A stretch of DNA of 64,000 bases from an uncultured Fidelibacterota bacterium (GCA_902624275.1 CACNWW010000003.1:4520-68519), one strand, 5' to 3'. Counted from the stretch's first letter, positions 24,461 through 36,122 are shown. Notes: generated by a model from the letters alone, not told the origin. A program made the numbers and translations.

Positions 24461-25003
24461 TTATACCCCTACTAATTTTGATTTTGCGTTTTCTAATTTT
24501 GTTTGCAGACTACTATCGTATAATGTATCGTCTACTTTAATTTTTAGCCCCCCAATTAAATTTTTATCAACACCAAAGTTGATATCAATTTTCTTATTGA
24601 TAAGTTCACTCAAAGAATTAGTTATATCATCTTTTTGATCACTATTCATTTCATTTGAAGAAACCACTTCAACAAATGCAATATTTAGTTTTTGCTTTGA
24701 TAGCAATGTAAAATTCTTGGCAACATCTTTTAATAGATTAATGTCATCATTTTCAATTACTACTTTTAAAACTTCTACCAAAATTACACTCATTGAGTTT
24801 GAAACAGCTTTCTCAAAAAGACTCATTTTTTCTACATTGTCGACAGTCTTCGATTTGAAAAAAGTATTAATTGACAAATCATCTTTTAAAGAAGAATTAA
24901 ATTCATCCAATCCATTTTTAACGCCTATAAAGTCGTCAAATGAATCAACGGAATCATTCAATAAATTGGAATAAATATTTATCTTTTTAAGATTTTGCTT
25001 CAT
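24461..25003 (-). CDS. atpH: F1 ATP synthase delta (OSCP) subunit
   Basis: 180 aa. Position between atpF and atpA, and an OSCP-like C-terminus (GGLKIKVDDTLYDSSL). Confidence 0.85.
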   Translation of the reverse strand: MKQNLKKINIYSNLLNDSVDSFDDFIGVKNGLDEFNSSLKDDLSINTFFKSKTVDNVEKMSLFEKAVSNSMSVILVEVLKVVIENDDINLLKDVAKNFTLLSKQKLNIAFVEVVSSNEMNSDQKDDITNSLSELINKKIDINFGVDKNLIGGLKIKVDDTLYDSSLQTKLENAKSKLVGV

Positions 25004-25493
25004 CTACTTTCACTGCTTCTAATGATGATTTAATAAACTTACTATTGTCATCATCCTTAACATTTCTTTGTAAAACTTTTGTAGCTAATTCTAGACTAAG
25101 ATCTACAACTTCTTCCTTAATTTCTTTAATAGCTCTTTTCTTCTCAATCTCTATCTTTGACTTAGCGTCATCAAGAAATTCATTAGATTTTGCTTTTGCA
25201 TCATTAAGTATTTTAGTTGCAGACTCTTCCGCTCTAAGCTTACTATCTCCAACAATTGCTTTACCTTCTTTTTTGGCCTCATTAAGTATTTTTTCAGACT
25301 CATCTTTAATTTTTTCAAGATCAGTCTTAGCGCTTTCTGCCATTTTAAGAGATTCTGCAATATCTTTTTCTCTTTCTTCTAAAAAGTCTAAAAGAGGATT
25401 CCATGCATACTTTCTTAAAACAAAAAGTACTGTCATAAAAATAACTAATGACCAGACATATGTGCCTAATTCTGGCGTTAATAATGGATTCAT
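24987..25493 (-). CDS. atpF: Fo ATP synthase b subunit
   Basis: 168 aa. One N-terminal TM helix, then a long charged helix. Operon position. Confidence 0.85.
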   Translation of the reverse strand: MNPLLTPELGTYVWSLVIFMTVLFVLRKYAWNPLLDFLEEREKDIAESLKMAESAKTDLEKIKDESEKILNEAKKEGKAIVGDSKLRAEESATKILNDAKAKSNEFLDDAKSKIEIEKKRAIKEIKEEVVDLSLELATKVLQRNVKDDDNSKFIKSSLEAVKVDEAKS

Positions 25494-25511
25494 ATTATTT
25501 CCTTATTTTGA

Positions 25512-26712
<1,201 letters not shown>

Positions 26713-26739
26713 GGAAAAACAGAAAAAAAAGTGTAAATC

Positions 26740-26937
26740 TTAATTATTATTTTTTACATGCTGATATGCACGATAAGAAGCATGAAAAACTCCAAAAATA
26801 ATTATAAAAATCTTCCAAAAATTATTAAACAAAAAATAAGCTATTAAAAGCCAAGATATAATAATTCCAATGAATTCAAAATAAACTGAATAGCTTTCAG
26901 CTAAAATCGAACTTAGTTTCTTGTTTTTACTCATCAA
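26740..26937 (-). CDS. Small two-TM protein, AtpZ/AtpI-like by position
   Basis: 65 aa, two hydrophobic helices, immediately upstream of atpB. Confidence 0.4.
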   Translation of the reverse strand: MMSKNKKLSSILAESYSVYFEFIGIIISWLLIAYFLFNNFWKIFIIIFGVFHASYRAYQHVKNNN

Positions 26938-27271
26938 CTATAATGTCACATCTTCCTGAAAATTGGGCTCCATCTTCAATTGTTAGAATTTTATATTTAA
27001 GATTCCCAACAAGCTCACAACCTTTCAGAAGTTCAGCTGGACCATTAATAAATGCATCTCCCTCGACATAGCCATTAATTTGAATCATTGAAGCTTCAAC
27101 ATCACCATAAATTTTTCCACTTTTGGCTAATTGAATTGCACCATCAGTTTTGACAGATCCTTTTATCTCGCCATAAATAGTTACATCACCATTCAAAACC
27201 ATATTACCATCAATAGCTACATCTTCAGCAATGATTGTTTGGCTATTAGTTGCTTTGGATTGAATTTTCAT
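26927..27271 (-). CDS. Bactofilin (polymer-forming cytoskeletal protein)
   Basis: 114 aa of beta-helix-type repeats (GDVTIYGEIKGSVKTDGAIQLAKSGKIYGDVEASMIQINGYVEGD). Confidence 0.85.
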   Translation of the reverse strand: MKIQSKATNSQTIIAEDVAIDGNMVLNGDVTIYGEIKGSVKTDGAIQLAKSGKIYGDVEASMIQINGYVEGDAFINGPAELLKGCELVGNLKYKILTIEDGAQFSGRCDIIVDE

Positions 27272-28002
27272 TGAGATAATTTATCAGATTTTAACTTAAA
27301 ATCTTCGAAAAAATTAATTGGATCTAAAGAATTTCCATCTTTCCAAAGTTCAAAATGTAAGTGAGGACCAGTGGACATACCAGTATTACCCAATTTAGCA
27401 ATTACATCTCCCGCTTTAACTGTATCCCCCTTTTTGAAAAAATTTTCCTGATTATGATAATAATGTGAAAGATATCCATTTTGATGGTCTATTATAATAA
27501 AGTTTCCAAAATCATCTGAAAAATCGCTAAATACTATTTGTCCATTTGCTATTGCGAAAATAGGTGTTCCTTCAATATTTACAACATCTATTCCAAAATG
27601 TTTAGTTTCTGCATCATATGTTCTACTTATCAAGCCATCTGCAGGCTTTATTGAGGGAAGATTATTTGCCAATATGTATCTAACATTGTCTTCATTTAAA
27701 TCATTTGTATTTTCTGTTCCAATAATTGTATCTATATAAGATTTCATTAATGCAATCTCTTCAATCGATTTATCAATGTTATTAATGATTTCTTGTTGTT
27801 GTTTGATTTCTTTATTTATCGTTGAAACTCTTAAGTATTCTTTAACAATTGGTGTTGAAAAATATAAAAGCATAATAGAGCCAATGATAGTTATTGATAA
27901 TATTACAATCGATGAAATAAATGTTAGTCTATTAAATTCCATTTGCCATGATTTATCAGAAAATGGGGAAATAAATAAAATTTTATATTTACTTAATTTC
28001 AT
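27268..28002 (-). CDS. M23/LytM-family peptidase, membrane anchored
   Basis: 244 aa. N-terminal TM helix, HFGIDV and GNTGMSTGPHLHFELW zinc-site motifs. Confidence 0.85.
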   Translation of the reverse strand: MKLSKYKILFISPFSDKSWQMEFNRLTFISSIVILSITIIGSIMLLYFSTPIVKEYLRVSTINKEIKQQQEIINNIDKSIEEIALMKSYIDTIIGTENTNDLNEDNVRYILANNLPSIKPADGLISRTYDAETKHFGIDVVNIEGTPIFAIANGQIVFSDFSDDFGNFIIIDHQNGYLSHYYHNQENFFKKGDTVKAGDVIAKLGNTGMSTGPHLHFELWKDGNSLDPINFFEDFKLKSDKLSQ

Positions 28003-28006
28003 GAAC

Positions 28007-28837
28007 TTAATCTGACTTAATGGATTGTAGCTTATCTAATACTCTATTAATTGTTTTTTCGCTAAAATTAATCTTAACAAAACCTTTTTTGGTTCTAGAA
28101 TTATGATTAATTGCTACTTTTTCACCAATTAATCTTGAAAGCTTATCTTGAATATTTTGTAATTGAGGAGTAATCTTTCTATTTGAAGCTAGTTTTTCTG
28201 TTTTACGTACTGATATTTTCTCTGTTAATAATTTTTGCCAGAACTGAAGCATACCTTGAGTAGTTTTTCTCTGTAAAATTGCTCTTGCTTGTCCAGCATT
28301 TATTTCACCTTTTAAGATACTATCTTGGATTTGATTAGGAAGCTTTAATAGTCTTAAAGCATTGGAAACTGCAGGCCTTGATTTACCAACAGTTTTTGCT
28401 ATTTCAGTAATTGAAGATTGTAAATTTTCTCGAAGGTATTTATATCCTTTTGCTTCCTCGATTGGGTTAAGATCTTCTCTTTGAATATTTTCAATTAAAG
28501 CCATATACATTATATCTTTAGTTGTATCTGCATCAATCACGTAGGCTAAAATTCTTTTTTTGTTTAATAGTTTGTGGGCCCTATATCTTCTTTCGCCAGC
28601 TACAATAATATATTTATTATCCGCCTTTTTGACAGTAATAGGACTAATTAAGCCTTTCTCATCAATAGATTGAGCTAGCTGCCTAAGAGATTTGTCTTCA
28701 AAATTTTTTCTAGGCTGATTAGGGTTTGGTATAATTTTACTTATAAGAATACTGCTTTGATTAAAATCTTCTAAATTATTCTTTGAAGGAGTTAAAAGAG
28801 CTCCAAGTCCTTGACCGAGCTGTTTATTTTTTTTCAT
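28007..28837 (-). CDS. parB: Chromosome partitioning protein ParB
   Basis: 276 aa. IIVAGERRYRA ParB box and HTH region. Confidence 0.92.
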   Translation of the reverse strand: MKKNKQLGQGLGALLTPSKNNLEDFNQSSILISKIIPNPNQPRKNFEDKSLRQLAQSIDEKGLISPITVKKADNKYIIVAGERRYRAHKLLNKKRILAYVIDADTTKDIMYMALIENIQREDLNPIEEAKGYKYLRENLQSSITEIAKTVGKSRPAVSNALRLLKLPNQIQDSILKGEINAGQARAILQRKTTQGMLQFWQKLLTEKISVRKTEKLASNRKITPQLQNIQDKLSRLIGEKVAINHNSRTKKGFVKINFSEKTINRVLDKLQSIKSD

Positions 28838-29588
28838 TTATTATCTCCATTGCTAAATTCATATAATCTTGTGCGCCTGAACAATTTACATCATACATAA
28901 TTGCAGGTTTTCCATCATCTGGCGCTTCTGCTAATCTTACATTTCGACTAATTTTAGTTTCAAATAATTTATTTTTAAAATTTGTTTTTAACAAACTCTC
29001 AACTTTTTTAGAAAGTCTTAATCTCTTCGTGTGCATTGTGATTAATAATCCAAGAATATTTAGATTACTATTTATATTTTCTTTAACAATTTTAATTGTT
29101 TCTTGAAGACTTTTTAAGCCTTCAAGCGCAAAAAATTCACTTTGAATAGGAATCAAAATATCTGTTGAAGCAGTTAAAGCATTTAATGTTAAAAGACCGA
29201 GTGAAGGAGGACAGTCAATAAGAATATAGTCATAATTTTTTTTTACCTTATTTATCAAGTTTAATAATCGCTTTTCTCTACCTGGTAAAGAAACAAACTC
29301 TACTTCACATCCTACTAAATTTGTGTCTGATTTTATAAAATCCATATATTCTAAAGACGTATTTGAAATAATATCTGCCATTTTTTTATTTTCAATAATT
29401 GCATCATAGATTGAAAAGTCATTATTAATGTCAAAATCATTTAATCCTGTTGTAGCATTAGCTTGAGGATCAAAATCAATCAATAAAGTTTTCTTTTCTA
29501 ATATACCTAAACTAGCAGCTAGATTAATAGCAGTAGTAGTTTTACCTACTCCCCCTTTTTGATTTATTATGGAAATAATTTTTTTCAT
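28824..29588 (-). CDS. parA: Chromosome partitioning ATPase ParA/Soj
   Basis: The track ORF starts at 29627. The internal ATG at 29588 gives the canonical MKKIISIINQKGGVGKTTTAINLA deviant Walker A N-terminus. Confidence 0.92.
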   Translation of the reverse strand: MKKIISIINQKGGVGKTTTAINLAASLGILEKKTLLIDFDPQANATTGLNDFDINNDFSIYDAIIENKKMADIISNTSLEYMDFIKSDTNLVGCEVEFVSLPGREKRLLNLINKVKKNYDYILIDCPPSLGLLTLNALTASTDILIPIQSEFFALEGLKSLQETIKIVKENINSNLNILGLLITMHTKRLRLSKKVESLLKTNFKNKLFETKISRNVRLAEAPDDGKPAIMYDVNCSGAQDYMNLAMEIINEKK

Positions 29589-29666
29589 ATGAATGAAAAA
29601 TTTAATCGGTAAATAAGGGTAATACAAAGTTTTTAAAAAATCATTTTATCTAACTTAACTTTAAGC

Positions 29667-30617
29667 GTGAAAGAAACAATATTAATTACTGGATATAATG
29701 GCGAATTAGGTAGCAAGACACTTAAAAAATTAGTTAGCATGGGTAAATCAATTATTGCTTTGGATATAAATGACCCAATTGAAAAAATTCATTCTGTTTC
29801 ATATATCAAAGATACAATAACTAATTATCAACTAATAAATTCGATATTTAAGGATTATCATATTACAAAAGTTTATCACTTTGCTGCACTTTTAAGCCAA
29901 ACGGCTTCTCAAAACCCTGAATTGGCATTTGAAATAAACGAAAAAGCATCAAAAAACTTAATTGATTGTTCGTACACATTTGGAATAAAAAATAATTGTA
30001 TAACAAGATTTTTTTTTCCTAGTTCAATAGCTGTTTATGGTCCAACAAAAATTGAAAATGCTTCAGAGCAAGATATTATAAAACCAACAACAGTTTATGG
30101 AAATAATAAACTGATCATTGAGGAATATGGAAGTAAATTGCATGAAAAAAGTCTATCTAAAAATGTTGGATTAGATTTTAGATCAATTAGGTTTCCAGGA
30201 GTAATAAGCTATGATACCGTTCCAACAGGAGGTACTACTGATTATGCCCCACAAATGATTAATAATGCAAAAAAAGGTAAAAAATTTGAGTGTAAGTTAT
30301 CTCCGAATACAATTCTGCCATTTATAGGTATAGATAAAACAATTACATCTATTATTGATATAATGGGTTTAAAAACAATTGAATCTAAATTAAGAGTATT
30401 TAATGTACAAGAAGCTAGTTTTTCTATAAAAGAATTAAGTGATTTTCTACTACGAAAATTTCCTTCTTTTCAAATTACATATAATAAAGATAAAAATTTT
30501 CAATCAGTTGCAGATACATGGCCATCAAGTTTAAATTGTGAAAAAGCGAATAAATTTTGGAATTTTTCTACAGAAAAAAATTTTGAAGTGTTTATTAAAA
30601 AGATAATTAATAAATAA
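29667..30617 (+). CDS. tdh: L-threonine 3-dehydrogenase, extended-SDR (epimerase/dehydratase-like) type
   Basis: 316 aa, GTG start. ILITGYNGELGS glycine motif, YGNNK catalytic motif. Immediately upstream of kbl (2-nt gap). Confidence 0.65.
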   Translation: MKETILITGYNGELGSKTLKKLVSMGKSIIALDINDPIEKIHSVSYIKDTITNYQLINSIFKDYHITKVYHFAALLSQTASQNPELAFEINEKASKNLIDCSYTFGIKNNCITRFFFPSSIAVYGPTKIENASEQDIIKPTTVYGNNKLIIEEYGSKLHEKSLSKNVGLDFRSIRFPGVISYDTVPTGGTTDYAPQMINNAKKGKKFECKLSPNTILPFIGIDKTITSIIDIMGLKTIESKLRVFNVQEASFSIKELSDFLLRKFPSFQITYNKDKNFQSVADTWPSSLNCEKANKFWNFSTEKNFEVFIKKIINK

Positions 30618-30619
30618 AT

Positions 30620-31798
30620 ATGAAAGAAATAGATATAATATTACAATCTCAATTAAATCATATTAAAGAGCAAGGTACGTATAAAAATGAAAGGTTAATT
30701 GAAACTGCTCAAGAATCAGAAATAAATGTAAACGGTAAAAAAGTACTAAACTTTTGTGCAAATAATTATTTAGGCCTTGCAAACAAAAGAGAAATTAAAG
30801 AAGCAGCTATGCAAGCTATTGAAGAGTGGGGTTTTGGCTTAGGTTCAGTCAGATTCATATGTGGTACTCAAACAATACATAAAGAATTAGAGCAATCAGT
30901 TAGCAGTTTTTTAAACAAAGATGATACAATCTTATACTCTTCTTGTTTTGATGCAAATGGTGGTTTGTTTGAAACAATTTTAGGTGAAGAAGACGCTGTT
31001 TTTTCTGATGAGTTAAATCATGCATCAATTATTGACGGAATCAGATTATGTAAAGCTCAAAAGTATAGATATAAAAATTGTGATATAAATGATTTGCAAG
31101 AAAAGTTAAGTAATTCAGATGCAAGGGTTAAGCTTATTGTTACAGATGGAGTATTTAGCATGGATGGAACAATCGCACCTTTAGACTTAATTGTTAAATT
31201 GGCCAAAAAATTTAATGCATTGGTTATGGTAGATGATTGTCATGCTACTGGTTTTATTGGTACAAATGGACAAGGAAGTGGAGAACATTGTGGAGTTTTA
31301 GATGAAGTTGATATTATCTCTTCAACTTTCGGAAAAGCTCTTGGAGGAGCATCCGGGGGGTTTATCTCTGCATCAAAAAATATTGTAAATATGCTTAGAC
31401 AAAAATCAAGACCTTACCTTTTTTCAAATAGCTTAGCACCAGCGTTGGTTGTAGCATGTTTAAAAGCTCTTGAAATAATAAAAAATAACAAAAATCTTAT
31501 ATCAATGCTTCATGATAATACATTATATTTTAGGGAACGAATAGCAGAAATTGGCTATGAAGTAAAAGGAGATTCACATCCAATTGTTCCTATAATGATT
31601 TATGATGCAAAGCAAGCAGTTGCTTTATCAGAGATGTTATTAGAAAAAAATATTTATGTGATTCCTTTTTCATTTCCAGTTGTTCCTAAAAATCAAGCTA
31701 GAATTAGAGTGCAATTATCTTCCTCACACACTAAAGATCAATTAAATCATTCTATTAGTGCTTTTAAAGAATGCGGCAAAGCTCTAAATATTATTTAA
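30620..31798 (+). CDS. kbl: Glycine C-acetyltransferase (2-amino-3-ketobutyrate CoA ligase)
   Basis: 392 aa. Alpha-oxoamine synthase family with DGVFSMDG and STFGKALGGASGG PLP-Lys motifs. Confidence 0.85.
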   Translation: MKEIDIILQSQLNHIKEQGTYKNERLIETAQESEINVNGKKVLNFCANNYLGLANKREIKEAAMQAIEEWGFGLGSVRFICGTQTIHKELEQSVSSFLNKDDTILYSSCFDANGGLFETILGEEDAVFSDELNHASIIDGIRLCKAQKYRYKNCDINDLQEKLSNSDARVKLIVTDGVFSMDGTIAPLDLIVKLAKKFNALVMVDDCHATGFIGTNGQGSGEHCGVLDEVDIISSTFGKALGGASGGFISASKNIVNMLRQKSRPYLFSNSLAPALVVACLKALEIIKNNKNLISMLHDNTLYFRERIAEIGYEVKGDSHPIVPIMIYDAKQAVALSEMLLEKNIYVIPFSFPVVPKNQARIRVQLSSSHTKDQLNHSISAFKECGKALNII

Positions 31799-31842
31799 AA
31801 AAATAGTGAAAAAATATCTTAATGTGTTAAATTCTCTCACTT

Positions 31843-33639
31843 ATGGATAGTTCAATAAGAAATAGATTATTAACAATATTGTTTGTTTTTGGATTGGGAA
31901 TATATGCTTTACTTCCGTCTCTTAGATATACTTTTATGGATGAAGAGAAAAAATCAAGCCTTTCTGATGATCAAATAGATTATTTTGAATCAAGAAGTAT
32001 CAAACAAGGACTGGATTTAAAAGGCGGAATTTATATTGTACTTGAAGTTGATTTACCTCAATTAATTGATAATTTAGCTAAAAATAAGGATAGTAATTTT
32101 AATGAGTTTTTAGTTGATTTAAAAAGTGATTATAATAACTCTTCCAGCGATTTCTTTAATGTCTTTGAAAAATTAGCTGATGACAATGAATTAAAATTGC
32201 CTAGATACTTTATTAATTATGGAAAAACAAAAGACCAAATAATTTCCCAACTATCTTTACAATCTGAAGATTCTATTAAAAGAGTTATTGAAATTATACA
32301 AAATCGTGTTGACCAATTTGGTGTCGCTGAACCAACAATTCAAAAACAAGGTAACAATAGAGTTATTATTGAGTTAGCTGGAATTGAAGATCCTGAAAGA
32401 GCAAGAGATCTTCTTCAGAGCACAGCATTATTGGAATTAATGATTGTTAAAAATGTTGAAAGCACAAATGCAATTATCAGACAAATTGATAGTATTATGA
32501 CAACAAATAATAGTAATGATGTAAATCAAAATGATGAAATTAATGAATTATTTGATTCAAACTTATCATCAGAATTAGAATTCTCTTCTTTGTTGATATC
32601 AGTTGAAGGAAATCTAGCAATTGCATCTAAAGATTTAAATGCTCTTAAAGATATTTTGTCTAAAGATGATGTAAAACAAATCTTAAAAGCAACAAGTAGT
32701 ACTATTTTAACAAGCGACTCTTCAATTAAGCTTGTGAATGAAATTGGTGAAGAAGAAGAATTTTATACACTATTTCATTTATTTAATAATGCTGAGCTAA
32801 CAGGAGGAGTAATAGAAGATGCTCAAATGAGATTAAGTCAATCAGGAGTAAATGCTGGGCAAGCTGTTGTTGAAGTTGAAATGAATAGTGAAGGTGCTAG
32901 AGAATGGGCAAGAATTACAGGTGCTAATATTAATAACAGAATTGCAATTGTTCTTGATAAAAAGGTTCATATGGCTCCTGTCATTAGAAGTCAAATTTTC
33001 GGCGGTGGAACTGTTATCGAAGGAATGGATTCAATTCAAGAAGCAGAAGATTTAGCTATTGTGTTAAGAGCAGGAGCATTACCTGTTCCTGTTACCATAG
33101 CTGAAGAAAGAACTGTTGGAGCATCTTTAGGAGCAGATTCAATTAGTAAAGGCACATTATCAATGGGAATTGGTCTCTTTCTTGTGATATGCTTCATTGT
33201 ATTCTTCTATAAGATGTCAGGTTTGATTGCAAGCTTCTCCGTAATGTGGACTTTGATTTTACTACTAGGTGTCCTAGCGCTTTTAGAAGCTACATTAACT
33301 CTTCCTGGAATCGCAGGTCTAATATTAACAGTTGGTATGTCAGTTGATGCTAATGTTATTATTTTTGAAAGAATTAAAGAAGAACTGCGCAATGGTAAAT
33401 CTGTAAGATCAGCCATTGATGCAGGCTATGAAAGAGCAATTAGAACAATTGTAGATGCCAATTTAACTACTGGTATCGCAGCAGCAGTTCTATATCAATA
33501 TGGCAGTGGTCCAATAAAGGGTTTTGCCACTGTTCTTTTCTGGGGAATTATTGTAAGCATGTTTACTGCTATTATTGTCACAAGATTTGTGTTTGATTTT
33601 GTTACAACAAGAAAAAATATAGAAAGACTGAGTATATAA
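31843..33639 (+). CDS. secD: Protein translocase subunit SecD
   Basis: 598 aa. GLDLKGG, a large periplasmic domain and a C-terminal 6-TM block (LTLPGIAGLILTVGMSVDANVIIFERI). Confidence 0.92.
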   Translation: MDSSIRNRLLTILFVFGLGIYALLPSLRYTFMDEEKKSSLSDDQIDYFESRSIKQGLDLKGGIYIVLEVDLPQLIDNLAKNKDSNFNEFLVDLKSDYNNSSSDFFNVFEKLADDNELKLPRYFINYGKTKDQIISQLSLQSEDSIKRVIEIIQNRVDQFGVAEPTIQKQGNNRVIIELAGIEDPERARDLLQSTALLELMIVKNVESTNAIIRQIDSIMTTNNSNDVNQNDEINELFDSNLSSELEFSSLLISVEGNLAIASKDLNALKDILSKDDVKQILKATSSTILTSDSSIKLVNEIGEEEEFYTLFHLFNNAELTGGVIEDAQMRLSQSGVNAGQAVVEVEMNSEGAREWARITGANINNRIAIVLDKKVHMAPVIRSQIFGGGTVIEGMDSIQEAEDLAIVLRAGALPVPVTIAEERTVGASLGADSISKGTLSMGIGLFLVICFIVFFYKMSGLIASFSVMWTLILLLGVLALLEATLTLPGIAGLILTVGMSVDANVIIFERIKEELRNGKSVRSAIDAGYERAIRTIVDANLTTGIAAAVLYQYGSGPIKGFATVLFWGIIVSMFTAIIVTRFVFDFVTTRKNIERLSI

Positions 33640-33641
33640 TT

Positions 33642-34565
33642 ATGAAATTCATGGAAAACACTCAAATCAATTTTATGAAGTTCAAGTCATTCGGATTTGG
33701 TCTTTCATCCGTGCTAGCATTTGGGTCAATTATACTTCTTTTAATGGGTGTTAATCTTGGCATTGATTTCAAAGGTGGAACAGCAATTGGAGTAAGCTTT
33801 ACTGATGATGTATCTATTCAAGAAGTAAGGAGTACACTTAAATCAGTATCATTAAATGATAGCTTAGTAGATTTAAGTGGAGAAGAAATTAAATATTTTG
33901 GAAGTCAAAGCGATGTTATGATTAAAATAAAATCTCTTGATAATGAACCTGAAAACTTTGGTCAAATAGTTATTAATCATTTGTATGATTCTATGTCAGC
34001 TAAAGCACCAGAGAACAAAAATGATTTTATTCTTTCACTTGGTTCTGTTAGTCCTAAAGTAGGGTCTGAATTAAGCGGAAAAGCATTTTGGTCTGTTGTA
34101 TCTGCTTTGGTCCTCATTCTATTTTACATATCTGTTAGGTTTGAGTTCAGATTTGCTTTAGGGGCTATTTTAGCTTTAGTCCACGATGTTATCATCACAC
34201 TAGGAATTTTTTCTTTAACTGGTTTTGAGATTACACTAAGCACAGTTGCTGCTTTTTTAACTATTGTTGGATACTCCTTAAACGATACAATTGTTATTTT
34301 GGATAGAATTAGAGAAAATATGAAATCTTCTGGTACTGTAATGTTTGAATCAACTATCAATAGAAGCATTAATCAATCCCTAAGCAGAACTTTAATTACT
34401 TCTTTAACGACATTGTTTGTAATTATTGTATTACTTGTTTACGGCGGAGAAGTGATAAGACCTTTCTCTTTTACTATGTTAGTTGGAGTCATTGTGGGTA
34501 CTTATTCTAGTATTTATATCGCTAGTGCATTGCTTGCAACTATCTACCAATCTTCCAATAAATAA
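33642..34565 (+). CDS. secF: Protein translocase subunit SecF
   Basis: 307 aa. GIDFKGGT, GYSLNDTIVILDRIREN. Confidence 0.92.
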   Translation: MKFMENTQINFMKFKSFGFGLSSVLAFGSIILLLMGVNLGIDFKGGTAIGVSFTDDVSIQEVRSTLKSVSLNDSLVDLSGEEIKYFGSQSDVMIKIKSLDNEPENFGQIVINHLYDSMSAKAPENKNDFILSLGSVSPKVGSELSGKAFWSVVSALVLILFYISVRFEFRFALGAILALVHDVIITLGIFSLTGFEITLSTVAAFLTIVGYSLNDTIVILDRIRENMKSSGTVMFESTINRSINQSLSRTLITSLTTLFVIIVLLVYGGEVIRPFSFTMLVGVIVGTYSSIYIASALLATIYQSSNK

Positions 34566-35446
34566 TGAATAATAAAATCTTATTTCCATTCATTGCATTA
34601 TGCGTGATTTGGGGTTCAACATGGTATTTCATTAAAATTTCTTTAAACGCTGGAGTTCCACCTTTTTATGGAGTGGGATTAAGATTTCTTTTTTCTGGGA
34701 TTATTTTTTACTTATATATTTATTACAAAAATTTATCTATACCATTTACACCTCAAGCAATAAAATTATATCTCTCATTTGGACTATTAAACTTCAGCCT
34801 ATCTTATGGAATGACTTATTGGGCTACTCAATATATTTTTTCTAGTATTTCATCTATTCTATGGGGTCTTTTCCCACTCTTTACAAGTTTAATGGCTCAT
34901 TTTATGATTAAAGATGATCCGAATGAAAGATTGAATAAAAGTAAAATTTCAGCGCTATTTACTGGTCTACTGGGAGTAATAATTATGAGTACTAATCAAG
35001 AGATTGATTTAGCTTCTCAATCGTTTTTGGCAATCCTTGTGTTAATTGCGGTAATTATAATAGCAGCATACCCTAGCGTTCTTTACAAAAAATACAGCGA
35101 TGAAGTTGGTCCATATCAAATGAATGCTGTATGTCAGGTATTAACAGGCTTTGTAATGCTTTCAATGTCATTTATTGTAAAGGAGGATATTTCAGTTATA
35201 GTATGGACAAATGAGCTTATACTTTCAACATTGTATCTTATCTTTTTTGGGGGATTTATTTCTTGGGGGATTTATTTCTGGCTGTATCAATATCTTAATG
35301 TAACTCAAGTTACTTATGTAGCCATCTTCCCTCCAATAGTTGCTATTTTACTTGGTTGGGTGTTTTTAGGGGAAATACTTACAACAAAAGAAATTATTGG
35401 AACCTTATTTATTCTTGGAAGTTCCATACTTATATATAGGAAATAG
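34565..35446 (+). CDS. EamA/DMT-family transporter
   Basis: 293 aa, about 10 TM helices, two EamA-like halves. Confidence 0.65.
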   Translation: MNNKILFPFIALCVIWGSTWYFIKISLNAGVPPFYGVGLRFLFSGIIFYLYIYYKNLSIPFTPQAIKLYLSFGLLNFSLSYGMTYWATQYIFSSISSILWGLFPLFTSLMAHFMIKDDPNERLNKSKISALFTGLLGVIIMSTNQEIDLASQSFLAILVLIAVIIIAAYPSVLYKKYSDEVGPYQMNAVCQVLTGFVMLSMSFIVKEDISVIVWTNELILSTLYLIFFGGFISWGIYFWLYQYLNVTQVTYVAIFPPIVAILLGWVFLGEILTTKEIIGTLFILGSSILIYRK

Positions 35447-35471
35447 AATCTATTTTATAATAAATTAAATT

Positions 35472-36092
35472 ATGATTGATAAAATTAAATCAAACCTGCT
35501 CGCAGGTATAGCAACTATTGTACCACTAGCTCTAACTGTATATGTCATTCAGGTTACATTAGAAATAACTATTTGGCTTGGTGGAACAGTTGCAGAACCT
35601 TTAGAAAGATTTGTTAATGTTACTTTCCCAGGTTTTGGTTTAATCAGCTCATTAGTAGGTCTTTTAATTGTTTTATTAGCCCTTATCGTTTTCGGAGCTT
35701 TAGCAAGAAATGTTTTTGGTAAAAGAGTTGTTAATTGGTTTGAAGGAATTTTTAAGAAAATTCCTTTAATAGATACTATTTATGGTACAACCAAACAAAT
35801 CATTGAAACAGTTTCGGGATCAAAAAATAATTCTTTTCAAAAAGTTGTATATGTTGAGTATCCAAGAAAAGGTACATGGACGTTAGGCTTTGTTACTAGT
35901 GAATCCACAAATGAAAGTAATGAAGAGTTTTATCACTTATTTGTTCCAACTACACCAAACCCAACATCAGGTTTTTTTCTAATTATTCCTAAAGAAGATA
36001 CTACTCTTGCTGATGTTGATGTTGAAGAAGGATTTAGAATGATTGTTTCCAGTGGTATAGTCGGAAGTCACAAAAATTCTATAGTAAAATAA
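35472..36092 (+). CDS. DUF502-family membrane protein
   Basis: 206 aa. Two N-terminal TM helices, then the FKKIPLIDTIYGTTKQI and PTTPNPTSGF motifs typical of DUF502. Confidence 0.7.
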   Translation: MIDKIKSNLLAGIATIVPLALTVYVIQVTLEITIWLGGTVAEPLERFVNVTFPGFGLISSLVGLLIVLLALIVFGALARNVFGKRVVNWFEGIFKKIPLIDTIYGTTKQIIETVSGSKNNSFQKVVYVEYPRKGTWTLGFVTSESTNESNEEFYHLFVPTTPNPTSGFFLIIPKEDTTLADVDVEEGFRMIVSSGIVGSHKNSIVK

Positions 36093-36122
36093 AAAAAGGA
36101 GCATTTTTATGCTCCTTTTTTT
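36091..36122. terminator. Bidirectional rho-independent terminator
   Basis: An A-run, then an 8-bp stem aggagcat/atgctcct (36097-36104 / 36109-36116) with loop tttt, then a T-run. Lies between the convergent genes 35472-36092 (+) and 36150-36377 (-). Confidence 0.8.

Noticed and set aside
28000-29700. parS site (tGTTTCACGTGAAACa) near parAB
   Set aside because: I could not find a convincing match by eye. The closest is atcacgtaggc within parB, which is poor. A proper pattern search is needed.
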